DNA of 64,000 nucleotides from Vitrella brassicaformis CCMP3155 (taxonomy: Eukaryota > Protista > Chromerida). The stretch covers positions 1 through 64,000 of the forward strand of contig CDMY01000393.1 in NCBI GenBank assembly GCA_001179505.1. The letters are read 5' to 3'. The notes beneath the pieces were generated by a model. That model was given only the letters and a program-made list of their open reading frames with translations, had not been told where the DNA came from and searched no databases. Below are positions 46,879 to 62,603 of this stretch, one piece after another; position 1 is the stretch's first letter; each line of letters opens with the position of its first letter. The position numbers and the translations under genes were made by a program.

Positions 46879-49264
46879 TCACCATTCGTCTGTGACACAC
46901 CCCTCCGACGCGCTCTTGACATTCTTGATGTACTTGAGCAGAGTGCCACGCTCAACCTACACAGACACATTCATGAATGCTACGACGCGGCCAGCCCAGA
47001 TCTTTCGTCTGACGCATGCACCTTGTAAGGCGGCGGCGTGAATTGCTGTCTCCTCTTGTCCATTTCGTCATCGGATACGTCCACGTCGATCTCGAGTGTG
47101 TCTGCGTCGATGGTGATGGTGTCGCCGTCACGCACCAGTGCGATGGGGCCGCCCTCCTGCGCCTCAGGACATATGTGACCGATGATGAACCTGCACACAC
47201 AGCACAGCACAGCACAGCACAACACAGCACGGGGGGAGAATGGGTTGACAGCTGCAGGGATCGTTAGTCGTGTGTGGGTACCCGTGCGATCCTCCTGAGA
47301 ATCTCCCGTCTGTGAGGAGGGCCACATCCTTGCCGAGGCCAGTGCCCACAATTACTGACAGCCAATCGGGACAACAGATGGATGACTGGCTGGCTGGAAC
47401 ACATGTACCCATCCATCATCGCCCGCCCACTCCCTCACCTGACGTCGGTGTGAGCATCTCAGGCATCCCCGGCCCGCCTTTCGGACCCTCGTAACGAATC
47501 ACGACCACATCGCCCTGCACACACCACACCACACCACACACGATGGATGAACTCCTACGACCAGGACACATGCCGTGCATGGCATGGCTGTGTTCTCACC
47601 TGCTTGATTTGTTTCTTCTCCGCTGCCGAGAGCATGTCCTCCTCGCAGTCGAACACGCGAGCAGGGCCCCTGAAGCGCGACCCCTCCTTGCCCGTGATCT
47701 TGGCCACCGCGCCATCTGGCGCAAGATTGCCCCGCAGGATCTTGATGTGGGCCTTGGGCTGCAGCGGCTTGCTGACGGGCAGGATGACCTTCTGCGCGTT
47801 GAAGTCTAATGGCTTCGCCGCCTGTCCACACACACACACAGATGCGCACAGCCAGGCCGTGACGACAGCAGCCACAGCTTACAGTGTATGTTGGCTGTCT
47901 CACCTGCAGGTTCTCCTTGACGGTTTTGCCGGTGACGGTGAGGCAGTCGGGGTGTAGGTATCCCTCCTCCAGCAGGTGGCGCATGACGGACGGTATGCCG
48001 CCGATCTTGTGGACGTCCTCCATGACATAGGTGCCGCTGGGCTTCAGGTCTGCGATGAGGGGCGTCTTGTCGCTCGCACGCTGGAAGTCGTCGATGGTCA
48101 GGGCGATGCCCACCGACCTCGCCATGGCGATCAGGTGCAGCACCGCATTGGTGGAACCGCCCAGAGCCATCACCACCGTCAGGGCGTTCTCGAAGGCCTG
48201 ATGATCGGATCCGCAACACACAGACAGAAATGTACAAACAGGGCGTTTCCCTCCCTCCTTTCTCCCATCTCGCTGCTCTCACCTCTCGTGTCATGATGTC
48301 CTTGGGTCTGATGTTCTTCTCTAGTAAGGCCTTGACGGCAGTGGCGGCCTCCGCGCACTCCTGCTGCTTCTCGGGCGACACAGCAGGGTTGGACGACGAG
48401 TAAGGCAGCGACATGCCGAGAGCCTCAATGGCGCTCGCCATCGTGTTGGCGGTGAACATGCCGCCACACGCACCAGGCCCCGGACAGGCGTGGAAGTTGA
48501 TGTCCAGCCGTTCCTCCTCAGTGATGGCCCCCCTCAGGTATCTTCCGTACGACTCGTTTGCATCCAGGACGTTGATCACCTCCCCCTTGCTGGTCCTGCC
48601 TGAGGCGATGGTGCCGCCGTAGAGCATCAGGGAGGGGCGGTTGAGGCGGCCCATGGCAATGATGCAGCCGGGCATGTTCTTGTCGCAGCCGGGGAGGGTC
48701 ACCAAAGCGTCATACCACTGAGCACCCATCTGCAGACAGACAGACAGACAGACAAGCCAACCAGCATCACAACACACTACACCTGTGTTCTCTCCCTCCC
48801 TCCCTCCCTCCCTCCCTCTCTTCCTCCCAGGTGCGGCAACAGACCAGTGTTTCGATGCTGTCAGCGATGAGGTCCCTGGATTGCAGCGAGAAGGACATGC
48901 CGTCGGTGCCCATGGAGATAGCGTCGCTCACCCCGACAGTGTTGAACTGGAAGCCCACCAGCCCCTCGGTCTGCAGCTGCTCCTTGACGCGGTGCCCCAG
49001 GCCCAGCAGGTGCATGTTGCAGGGGTTGCCTTCGTACCACACGCTCGCCACGCCCACCTGCGGCTTGCTGAGGTCCTCCGGCTTGAGGCCCGTGGCCATC
49101 AGCATGGCCTGGGAAGCGCCTTGGCACTTGGGCTGTGTGATGCGGCAGCTGAAACGGTTCAGTTTCGACATATCCTCGATGTCTGGGGTGGCAGCAAACA
49201 TACGGTTGAACGGCACCGCGGAAGAAGAAGAAGAAGAAGAAGAAGACCAACACGGCTGATCCAT
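46879..49264 (-). CDS. ilvD: Dihydroxy-acid dehydratase (IlvD/Ilv3); 5' end uncertain because of the upstream gap
   Basis: Motifs [93 protein letters not shown] and a terminal [18 protein letters not shown]. Confidence 0.97.
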
Positions 49265-49506
49265 TATTTTGTCAGTACTGCTATTCTTTCCTTCGGAATT
49301 GAGTTGAATGAATCAAATCGATACAGGATTGTCTGTCAACTGCCGCCGTCACTCAGAGTCTTACGCTCTACCGACCGACAGCCCATCAAAGAACAAGGGT
49401 GTCAGTCCACCTACAGAGATCAGTGGACGCACTCACGCACAGAGACTCACATTCAGAAACTCTCTCCCCAACCACGGCCACCAAGGCCGCAAACCCCCCC
49501 CCCCCC

Positions 49507-49806
49507 NNNNNNNNNNNNNNNNNNNNNNNNNNNNNNNNNNNNNNNNNNNNNNNNNNNNNNNNNNNNNNNNNNNNNNNNNNNNNNNNNNNNNNNNNNNNNN
49601 NNNNNNNNNNNNNNNNNNNNNNNNNNNNNNNNNNNNNNNNNNNNNNNNNNNNNNNNNNNNNNNNNNNNNNNNNNNNNNNNNNNNNNNNNNNNNNNNNNNN
49701 NNNNNNNNNNNNNNNNNNNNNNNNNNNNNNNNNNNNNNNNNNNNNNNNNNNNNNNNNNNNNNNNNNNNNNNNNNNNNNNNNNNNNNNNNNNNNNNNNNNN
49801 NNNNNN
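49507..49806. other. Assembly gap (300 N); both flanks contain caaa(C)13-14
   Basis: Left flank 49490-49506, right flank 49807-49824. Confidence 0.99.
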
Positions 49807-50457
49807 CAAACCCCCCCCCCCCCCAGGCGCATGGACAAGCTCACACCCAGGCAGACACGAAGGCAGGCCGGCTATCGTCGAGAGTATCAAACGCGCGCAG
49901 CAGCATTCTCACCGAACGTGTGTGAGAAGGGCGCGTGTACTGACTGAAAAAACCATGCACTGGTCTGGTCTTGTGTGTCGTTGCATCTCCCTCCCTCCCT
50001 CGTGTGTGTCGCACATCACTTCGCTTCGCATTTATGACCATTGTGTGATCTACCATAGCAGAAGAGTAAGGGGTGGAGGGGTGGGGGGTTGGGGAAAGTG
50101 CCCATTCCATTCGCCCACCAGCTGGCTCTGAACGCAAAAACAATCTGGCAGTGAGTTGAGGTGAGGTGCAGTGGATGGGCTGACTACGGTGGCAGGAAGG
50201 CAGCAGGGTGGCGTGGTAGTTTGTACACATCCGTCTGTCATACAGCAGAGATCGATCCCAAATCCGAAAGAAAGACAAGAGAGCGGAAAAATCGCCTTCC
50301 TTCCCGAAACTTCGTCCGTCCCTCGCTCCCTCCCTCGCTTTCTCTCTGTGTGGTACATCTCATCTCGCAGAGTATTTCTCATCACCCCGACAAACCCTCC
50401 CCCCACCACACCCCAAGCCCCATATACACCGACTGCATTGGACGTCTATCTATCCAT

Positions 50458-53424
<2,967 letters not shown>

Positions 53425-54219
53425 TGTCAGAGAAGAGGGAAGCAAGAGGAAGATCTGCTCGGGCTGAAGTCGTTGCGGATCTGTCGCCGCGGTAAAGGCT
53501 GTCTACAAAAGCCTCGTGTCTACCCTGCACCCCTCCTTCGTCGGTCTTCTTTTTCAGGGTTTGGAGTACCAGTGATCGAAATTTGTGGGATGACCCCTCC
53601 TTGGCAAATCACCCTACCAACCTCAGTGCCACTCGGAACGCCTTGCAGTGGTCACGGGGAATATGTGCGACGAAGAATAAGAATCGAAGTGAGGCACAGG
53701 TCGCGAGCTCGAGCTTGCAAATGGCCCCCGTGGCCCCCAGTCTCGAAAAAAGTCGATTGTCTTCGCTTCCCCACTTTCCGTAGTCAGGACTGCCCCGAGG
53801 ACATCGAGAGAATCCGGCGAGTCCGTCAACGAGCTCACGGAGGCGCGGCCTTGCATTGGCCGCAACCTCCCACTGCCCGTGTTGTTTCTGCTGCACATCG
53901 TAGGACCTGTTCTATCGTACCCCTCCCGACGCGGCGTGTGCCTGAGGGACAACCAGAGAGCCTCAGGACTGTGGTTGACCCCTCTTCTCGTGCACGGCCC
54001 CCCTTGTCGGCTTCGTGTTCTTTCCTTGGCGTCGCTGAAGCTTACAAAGCGTGAGCCGCAATCAGCGTGTTTTCAGCTTCCTATTGCTACTTCCCAGCCC
54101 GGTGCTTGGAGGACAACCGGTTGTGACTTGCGGAGAAAGCCCCCTCCCTCTTTCGCCCGTGGAAAGGCGCCGCCCTGTCTTACACGAGTGTCTTCCACAA
54201 TTCCCTGTGCTGAGAAGCG

Positions 54220-57200
54220 ATGAGCCGGGAGATAGAGTCTGACTACAGCCCCGTGTCCGACCGCCAGTCGTCGGCCTCCCAGCTCCCTGGTGGCGAGGAG
54301 GATCCCCCTGTGCCCTCGTTCGGCGCCCAAGTGATCGGCAAGACACTGTCGAAGCAGCTTGAGGACCAAGGGGAAGAGGGCGACGAGCGGGGCGGTGAGG
54401 GCGACGACGAAGGCGACGAGGAAGAGGAGGAGGAAGAGGAAGAAGAAGAAGAGGAGGAGGAAGAGGAGGAAGGTGAAGAATACGAGGAACGTGAGGTGGC
54501 TGAGGAGGATACTTATGGAGTCGTCCAACAACCAGCAGAGTGTGTCGAGCAGCAAGAAGAGCTGGTCGTGATGGGCGTTGAGGCCGAGGCCGAGGCTGAG
54601 GGTGCTGAGGGTGCTGAGGGTGCTGAGGGTGCTGAGGGTGAGGGTGGCGAGCCCGAGGACCAGGATGTCCGCGAGCCCGTCTCGAAGCAGCTGTCGCAGA
54701 CGCCATCCCAGCTCGGGGGCGGCCCCGTACCGGCCGCCATGGAGGAGCAGCCCCAGGGCACTTTCCAGCAGCCACCCAGCGGCCAGATAAGCAAGAAGTC
54801 GACCCAGCGCGAGGACGCCTCACCCCTCGGCCGCCAGCGCAGCCAGCGGAGCGAAGAGAGGGAGAGTGTCGATCGCGAGCTTGATGACTTGGCCGGCATT
54901 GGGGAGGAGGGCGAGGAAGAAGAATATGAAGACGAGGAAGAGGAAGAGGAGGAGGCGCCGCCACCGCAGTTCGGCCAACCTGCTCAAGACAGGGGCGAAG
55001 AAGGTGAGGTGAAAAGCAAGCAATCCATTCACACAGACTCCCAACGACTGTCACTGTCTGTTGGCTGCTGTGCTGGCCTTGTTCTCTCTCCAGAGGAGGA
55101 AGAGGAAGGTGCCTCCCACACACATTGAAGAGCCGCACCAGGCAGAGGCGCACTCGGCATGTCTCGCCTCTGTTGTGTCTGTGTTGTGCTCAGAGGAGGA
55201 AGAGGAGGAGGGCGAGGAAGAAGAGGAAGAGGGTACGGCACTTGATCACATCCCACCACACTCGCGATGCATTGCTGGCTATTCCATGCCTCGCAACAGA
55301 GGAGGAAGAGGAGGAGGAAGCCGAGGAGCCCGAAGACCGTGAGCTGGAGGACCTCTTTGAGTTTGCTGACAGAGAGGTGGGTTGATCTGATCGCACAGGA
55401 TGGGTCTCACCTGGCCGGTCACCCACTCACTCACTGGCTGGATGACCGTGTGGGCGTAGGATGAGGAGTTGGAGGAGGACCGTCGTGTGGTGATGGAGCG
55501 CATCGAGGAGCTGAGGAATCAGATCATCCTGAGCGACATCCAGCCGTACGTTGAGGAGTTCGACGAGGCCGTTGACAAGGATACACTGCTCATCGGCAAG
55601 CTGCCGATCGAAGCCATCCAGGTACATATGGCGTCCGCCCACTCTATCTAGGCACACCTGGGAGGTTTGCTGTAACGTATTGTGTATCAATCACAGGAGG
55701 AGGAGCGACGTTTGGAGGAGCAGCAGCTCAAGGCCTACCAAGAGCTCGCCAAAGCACACCAGGCACGGCTCGCACGAACCGCACACAAACACACAGGAAT
55801 GCACACGGCCATACATGCTCATGCGTTGCGTTGCAGGAGCGAGCTGCGGAGGTGTTGCGTGCTGAGCATGCTGCTCGCCAGCGGCTCAACAAAGAGGCAC
55901 TCGACCTGGAACTCAAGTCAGTCGGCCACACATGCACAGAGAGAGAGAGACATGACCGATGGGCTCACATGTAGATGTCTGATCGCGTGCTTTGCTCCTT
56001 CCATGCTGCAGAGTCCGAAAGCGAGAGCTGCGAGCCATCGAGCGCGACAGGACCCGCAGGGTCAGTGCACGACACACGCATTCAACCAGAGCGAAGACGC
56101 AAGATTGAGCTATCCGTCTCTCGCTCTTCTGCCTGCCAGGCTCGTTTGAACAAGGCGTTCCGTCGGGCAGAGTATCGTTTGGACACGGTGCTGCGGAATC
56201 GTCAGGCGGAGATACAGAGCAAGTACGGCAACCTGGAGGTCGACGAGGACTACAAGAGCTTCAAAAAGGGAAAGTAAACATGACACAAAGCCAGAGAGTG
56301 ATGGACGTCGATAGATACCCATGGGATGGTCATTCATCATCAGAGTCCCGGTCGCCCGTGCAAAGCGTTATAGAATTGACTGGAACCGGGCCCCACAGGT
56401 GCGCGAAGGAAACAGGCAGGAAGGACTCGCTCTCATGCCACACTTGTCTTCTCTGTGTCTCGATTATGTGTGTGTGTGTGTGTGTGTGTGTCAGCCCATC
56501 GAGCTGCGTCTTGAAGTATGTCGTGCGGTCAAGGACAAGCTGCCGAGGGGCCAGTATGTGCTTATGTGCTCACTCTACGACAGGTACGTGAGTGCACACA
56601 CGAATGGGCAGTCACCTGTATGTCCATGCCTGTCTGCATTGGCGGGGACACACAGGATTGGCGGCAGTCGTCTGGCGTGGAGCAATGTGGAGGGCGGCAC
56701 TGAGTTCCTCACCAGTGTGTCATCACCGGTGAATCATGGAGGAAAGTACTTCGAACCGGTGAGCAGACGAACAGGGCCGATACAAGAGCAGCAGGCACTC
56801 TCTGGTTGTGCCTGTGTCCGCAGGATTTGCGCTTCGAGCAGAGCATCTTCGTTGCGGCACCGGGCAAAGTGGACCTCAAACCCTCGATGGTGTTTATTTT
56901 CGAGATGTACATACTGCGCGGCAAGGCTTCTCCGACCGACAAAGTGGTGGCCTGGGCTCCATTCCCACTCATGAACTCTGACTTTCAAATCATCGAAGGC
57001 AAATTCAAAGTAACCACAAACAAACAATCAGGACACGGAGGGAAATGTCAGTAATGTCTCTGTCTCTGTCATTCCTTCATTCACTCATTCATCAGGTGCC
57101 GATGCTGCGCGGTGAGGTGGATCCCTACATCGACAAGTTCGGCACGTACGAGGACATGTACTCGGCCAACATCGACGAGTGGCTCTGCAACCTCTACTTC

Positions 57201-60161
57201 CAGACGCTCCTCCTGCCCAAATACCAAGCCGGAGAAGTTGAATTTGAAGTCGAACTCGACTACACAGGCAAGGCAACCACATTGAATGACGCACTCACAC
57301 AATAAAATGACACATCCTTCCTCCCCTTCTCAGGTCGTCTATTGAAATTGGGCAAGCCCCAGCGACGTCGCCGCAAGCGCAAGAGCCGTCGTGAGTCGGA
57401 ACAGCCGCTGCTGACTACCGACACCGAGGAGGAGGGCTTCCCTCGGCAGCTGCCCGATACTGAACAGCCACTCGCTATCGCAGACGCATCGCCCGGAGGA
57501 GCCAATGGCGGCTCCCAGCCAGGGTCACCTGTGGGTGACAATAACAAGGTCATTCGTGGTGAGCCCAGCCCCACCAAGGCCAGGCGCCGCCGCCGCAAGA
57601 GTGACAGGGAGGACATGGACGTCACGGAGGAGGACAGTCCCTTTGTGCTCGACCCTGAAAAGGAGAAGAAGGCCGCCAGACGCATTGTCAGTGATGCTGT
57701 CGGCGAGCTCAAGGTAAGAGCGCAGAGTTCAGAGACAGAAGCGGCTCGTGTTTCATGATGCGTCTGGTTGTGTCAGACCGTTCGGATAACGACAGTGGGG
57801 GGTGAGGAGGGCGAGCCGTCTGTGTCCTTCGCAGGAGACGACAGACGACCCAGCCAGGGGCCAGGTGAGGAAGACACGCACAGCGCAAGCTAAGGCGGCA
57901 GCGCCTCTCATCTCCTGTGTTCCCTGTCCTCCTATCAGCTATTCGTGATCGTTCGGCCTCTCGCTCTCCCTCAATGCGCGGCGGCATGTTGAACAATAAT
58001 ACTGGCAACAACAATGCCAACCTGCTAGGTCTTGCCGACGAGGGGGCATCGCCCACTGCGATCCGTAAGGCCAGTGTGTCCACCACCAAGTCGGTCACCA
58101 TCGCTGGCCTCGACAAGGCCAAGACCAGCGATGAGAACCTCTTCGCTGACAACTATGACAGTGAGTGCCGGCACAAAGAGAAAGTGTATAAGCATGCACA
58201 GTCTCAATGCTTGCAGATCCCGATCCTGAGGACATCGAGCGCGTTGAGAAGGAGAGCGAGTTGGCAGTGATTGCACAGCAGCGAATCGAAAACGTCAAGG
58301 CCATGATGCATGGTCAGTAGCAAAGCAGACTTAATACGTCAAATATGGTGTCTCTGATCTGACTGCCCCGCCCTGTGCATTCAGGTCATTTGCCTGAGCG
58401 CAATTTCCCGCCCCTCCGCACCGCCGACCAGATGGATGCCTACCACTATGTCGTCACCATGGGCGAGCTCAAAACGGGACAGGTCAGCCATCTGTCTGTT
58501 AGCAGAGTGGGAGGATGTATTTGCGTGTCTTGGTTGTGCAGTTGACATTGAAGAAGTGGCGTTATTTGAGCGACGAGGTGTTCAGCGAGATCCACCCGTC
58601 CAAGTGGAAGACGGGCATCTACTGGCTGGCCATCGTCACACTCATCGTCGCCGGGCTCCTGCGGATCTACCTCAAGGGAGCCGGACAGTGGCTCTTCCTC
58701 AAGACATGCAGGTGCATACATGAGGGAGGGAGCACAGGGCGCAAGGGACAGGCCTGCATTCTTGTGTGTGTATATGTGTTCTTGTACAGGGTCCCCGTGT
58801 ACAACTTCGATGCGAGCCAGCAGCCTCTCAGAGTTCGCGTCGACTACACACAGGTAAGACACCAGAGACATGTCGTGGATGAGAAAAGGGCATCTCGCCT
58901 CCCCTGTGTGGCTGTCTGCATGCAGGACAATGTTAGCTCCCCCGTCGAGGTCGGCGTGGTGGTGTCGGGCGTGCTGATCAACGTAGTCTTCTTCCTGTTC
59001 CTCATGCTGGTGGCCTTCTGCTCGAACAAGTTCCTTGGCCGCTTCCCCGCCGCCTGCTACCGTTTCATCTCCGCCTTCGGGCTCTTGTGCTCGATCGACC
59101 CCATCCTGACCCTCGTAGTGGACCTCATCTGGTGGGAAACCAGACACGGCGACGCCTTCAAACTGGGCACGTGGTTCGAGCGGCGGGAGGGGGACGGGCT
59201 CATCGGCCACGTCATCACTGTGTTCCTCAACCTGGCCCTCATGGCCATGATCCTCTTCATCTACTACATCTACCTCGTCTCACTGCACATGAACGGCAGG
59301 TTGCTAGACGTCTACAACCGCATCACGGGAGAACTCGCCGCATTCTTCATCCCATTCGATGCTGAAATATCCGGTGAGAGAGGGAACGGGGGACACTCCA
59401 GACACTCAGAAGGCTGTCGACATGTCTCGCTCGTTTTGTGTTTTGTGGTGCCTTCAGAGCGTCAGCTTCGGTGGATATGTTTGAAGTCCCGTCAGTGGCA
59501 GGGCATCACCGGAGAGGCCAGGAAGATCAACGTCACCGACTACGCCATCAAAGACCCTGAAGACCCGGTAACTAAGACGATTCACAGCCTGATGCAGACG
59601 ATTGATCGATCGATCGATGTCTCTCCCCTGTCTGTGTGTGGTCACGTATAGACATTCGAGGAGGTGACGACGCACATCGCAATCTTTACCGTCAGCAAAG
59701 ACAAGACAAGGACTCTATACCGACACTTCCTCAAGCTGCCTGAGGGGGCCATCCTCGAGATGCCGCCAGACAGGGCCCATGACGCCGGCCTTGCACCCGA
59801 CAGCGCATTCCTGCAGAAGATGCTTGGCACTACGGGAGACGACGGCAGCCCCACAAGACTCTCTGATCGGTCCGTCAAAACCGGCTCACCAACGACGCGG
59901 TCTCGTCGACAGTCACGCCGAGAGTCGAGGGCATCCCGCATCGCTTCCCGCAAGGAGTCCCTCGCTGCCAGTCGCCGGCCATCAGAAGCTCCATCGAGAA
60001 TTGGAGACGAGCGCAAGGCATCCTTCGCAGCGTCACAAGTCGATAGTGAAGCCAGGCGGTCGTCACTGAAGGAGAGCGGCATCCACCCGGACAGGCCCGC
60101 GGAGAGAGTGGTAGAGATAAGGCAGAGGTACGGCGGCTTGGACGAGTTTGTTGACACTTGA
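54220..60161 (+). CDS. OFCC1: OFCC1-like (orofacial cleft 1 candidate) large protein: acidic N-terminus, coiled coil, conserved central domain, C-terminal membrane region
   Basis: RYRIDWNRAPQ|PIELRLEVCRAVKDKLPRGQYVLMCSLYDRIGG, DEWLCNLYF, GDAFKL and HMNGRLLDVYNR..FFIPFDAEIS match OFCC1-family motifs as I recall them; unverified. Confidence 0.7.
54595..54639 (+). repeat. 9-bp coding tandem repeat (GCTGAGGGT)x5 encoding (AEG)5
   Basis: Visible directly. Confidence 0.9.
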
Positions 60162-60775
60162 CGAGTTTGTTCAACCAACTTTGTTGTTATCATGATCAGA
60201 TCGATTGACGACACCTTCGACATCTGATGGAGGGAGAGCATGCTCTGTGCATGCATGCAGTATGCAGCATCGATTAATTGCTGTTTTTTGAATCGCGCCA
60301 AGACAAGAAGGGGTGGCTGCGTGCATGTGATGTATCCGTGGGTATGTGAGCGAGTGAGTGCAAAGATGTACAAAGGTCTGGCTGCCTTGTGTGTGCGTTC
60401 GTGCTTGCGTGTTCCAATGGAGGGTGTGAGTATCGGGGAAGAACGCCACCCGTCGGCTCATGGATGCGTGTGCTTTGCGTGTCTTGTCTTCCCTTTGCCT
60501 TGCTCCTCTCTGACTAGCCTTCCTTTCTCCCTGTCTGCTTTGCGTGATTCCCTTGCAGCCATGTTTCATTGCTGATACATGACTGCGTCTGGGAGTGCAT
60601 GCATCCATGCCTTTGACCTCGACAGCTTTGGAACATCGTGCGCACGAAAGGACAGAAGGTTCGATCGGGTCGACACAGAATGATCAGCTCGCATGTCCGT
60701 CCGTCCGTCCATACATATGGTCGTTCATATGTACACCAACACAACACCAACACAACACCCCCACCTATATGGCAA

Positions 60776-62294
60776 TTAGCTTCTGGGTGGTGGCGACCAT
60801 CTCTTGCCCTTCGTCAGCTCTGCCACAAGCCCCTCTAGATATGGCGACACTTCCGGCGGATAGGCACCCAAGTGCCGCAGCAACGCCAGCACTTCCTCGT
60901 CCCTCAGACCTCTCAGCCACTCGTCCAGCTCACCCACATCGATATCAGCATCTGCCGCCTCTCCCCCGATCCGCCCATCGCCATCGCCCGTGCCGTGCAT
61001 CATGTCCCTCTGCATCTGCTGGTGCCGCCACGCGTGCATGAGGCTGACACACTGGTCGCGCCTGCCATCGTCAAGCTGAGCCGGGCAGAACATGCCATAG
61101 ATGCGGAGAGGGTGGTTAAGGGTCGATGGGATAAAGTCCCGATAGTAAGAAAGCCGTCGCCTCAAACCCTGCGCACATACATGCACCCGTGGCCACCTTT
61201 ATCGGTGCGTTCGTTCGGCTATTCTATTTCGTGGTTACCGTCTGTTGCACTCACCTTGGGAATGACGCGGAAGCGCTCCCTGAAGAGTTGACTTGCCGAA
61301 AGGCCCTTGAGGGTCGGCGTGCGGTTGCGGTTCTCCAACATCCATACGCGACCAAGCACGTACTTGACCCACTCAATGCCCATCCAGACGGCCCTGATAT
61401 GCACACACACATGCGACCGACGAACGAAAAAGGTAGTAGGTGTACAGTACATCCAATCCATGTGCCCACCTGGGGACTCCCGTTTCGATCTCCTCTCCAT
61501 CGGCATCACCCCTCGCCGCAGCAGACGCACTCTCCCCGTCCCCTTCCTCGCCCTCGCCCTCGCCATCCTCCTCCCCCGCATCAGCCACTCGCGGCAGCTT
61601 CATTTTGGGCGCCTTGGTGCCACGCGAGCCACAGTCGTATACCAGACACACGTTGCCGAGAGCGAGCTGCATGAGGAGGTTGTGATCAAGATTCTCGAGC
61701 AGAGCCAGGTAGGCCTGGATCTCGCAGTGGGACGACTGCAGCCGCATGAAGTGAATGTCGCTGGCGGGGATGCCCAGCGCACTCAGACGAGGAAGCACCT
61801 GAGTGAGTGAGGACACACCGCGAGAGAAGGTGTACACAGCCGCCGTGTCGTGTCTTTGTGTTTCTCACCTCAATGCCGTTTGTGAGGTTGATGAAGTGCC
61901 GCACTCGCTTCATGAGGAAGCGGCACTGATGCGGATGCACCTCCATCCGCTCATCGTCACCTCGCCAGAGCCTCAGCGTCGCCCCATTGTTTGTCTTGTC
62001 AATCAGCCCGGCTGACTCATCCTCAGCAATCGACTTAGTTGGATGTGGCTTGTCCACCTCGAGTGCAGATGCTCCTTGCGTCATGCGGAAGCCTGCAGCC
62101 TCTCGCCATGGTCGCTTCCGCCCCTTTCGCTGCCTGGCGAGAGGTGTGGGCATGAATACGGGCCCTCGTCGAGGCCTTCTGCCGTCCGTAGCACACCCCG
62201 CAGCTCCAGATAAAGCAGCGGAAACAGCGGCAAGAGCAAGATCTGCGTTCCACAAGGAGCACGCCAGGGAGAGCATCGATGTCAGCCAGATCAT
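60776..62294 (-). CDS. Uncharacterised conserved-looking protein with a possible bipartite plastid leader
   Basis: Spliced core VRHFINLTNGIE|VLPRL..IHFMRLQSSHCE..LDHNLLMQLALGNVCLVYDCGSR..VPR|AVWMGIEWVKYVLGRVW..|GLRRRLSYYRDF. The N-terminus is hydrophobic, then Arg-rich. Confidence 0.7.
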
Positions 62295-62603
62295 CGAGGA
62301 GGGGGAAGGCACGAACGAGCGATCCCGCGAGCTTCAAACGGATCGAACTCATCGTCCTTTTCATTTGACGCGCATAACTTGGTTGCTTTGTCTGTCTGTC
62401 TGTCTCATTCATTCGCATACACACATACAGCCAGTGAACAGTGCACACTGACGTTTGACACACGCGAATACATAAATTAAGGAAGGATTCTACCTACCTT
62501 GCAACACGTATGGATGGATGGATGGATGCAGCTCTGCATCGACCGCTCAGCTCTCTCCCTCTCTCTATGTGCCTGGCCTGCCTGATCTATCTTATCTGTC
62601 TGT

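Noticed and set aside
48785-50131. 448-aa plus-strand ORF
   Set aside because: Antisense to ilvD and inflated by the N gap.
54062-55153. 363-aa minus-strand ORF
   Set aside because: It is the antisense shadow of the Glu-rich OFCC1-like exon.
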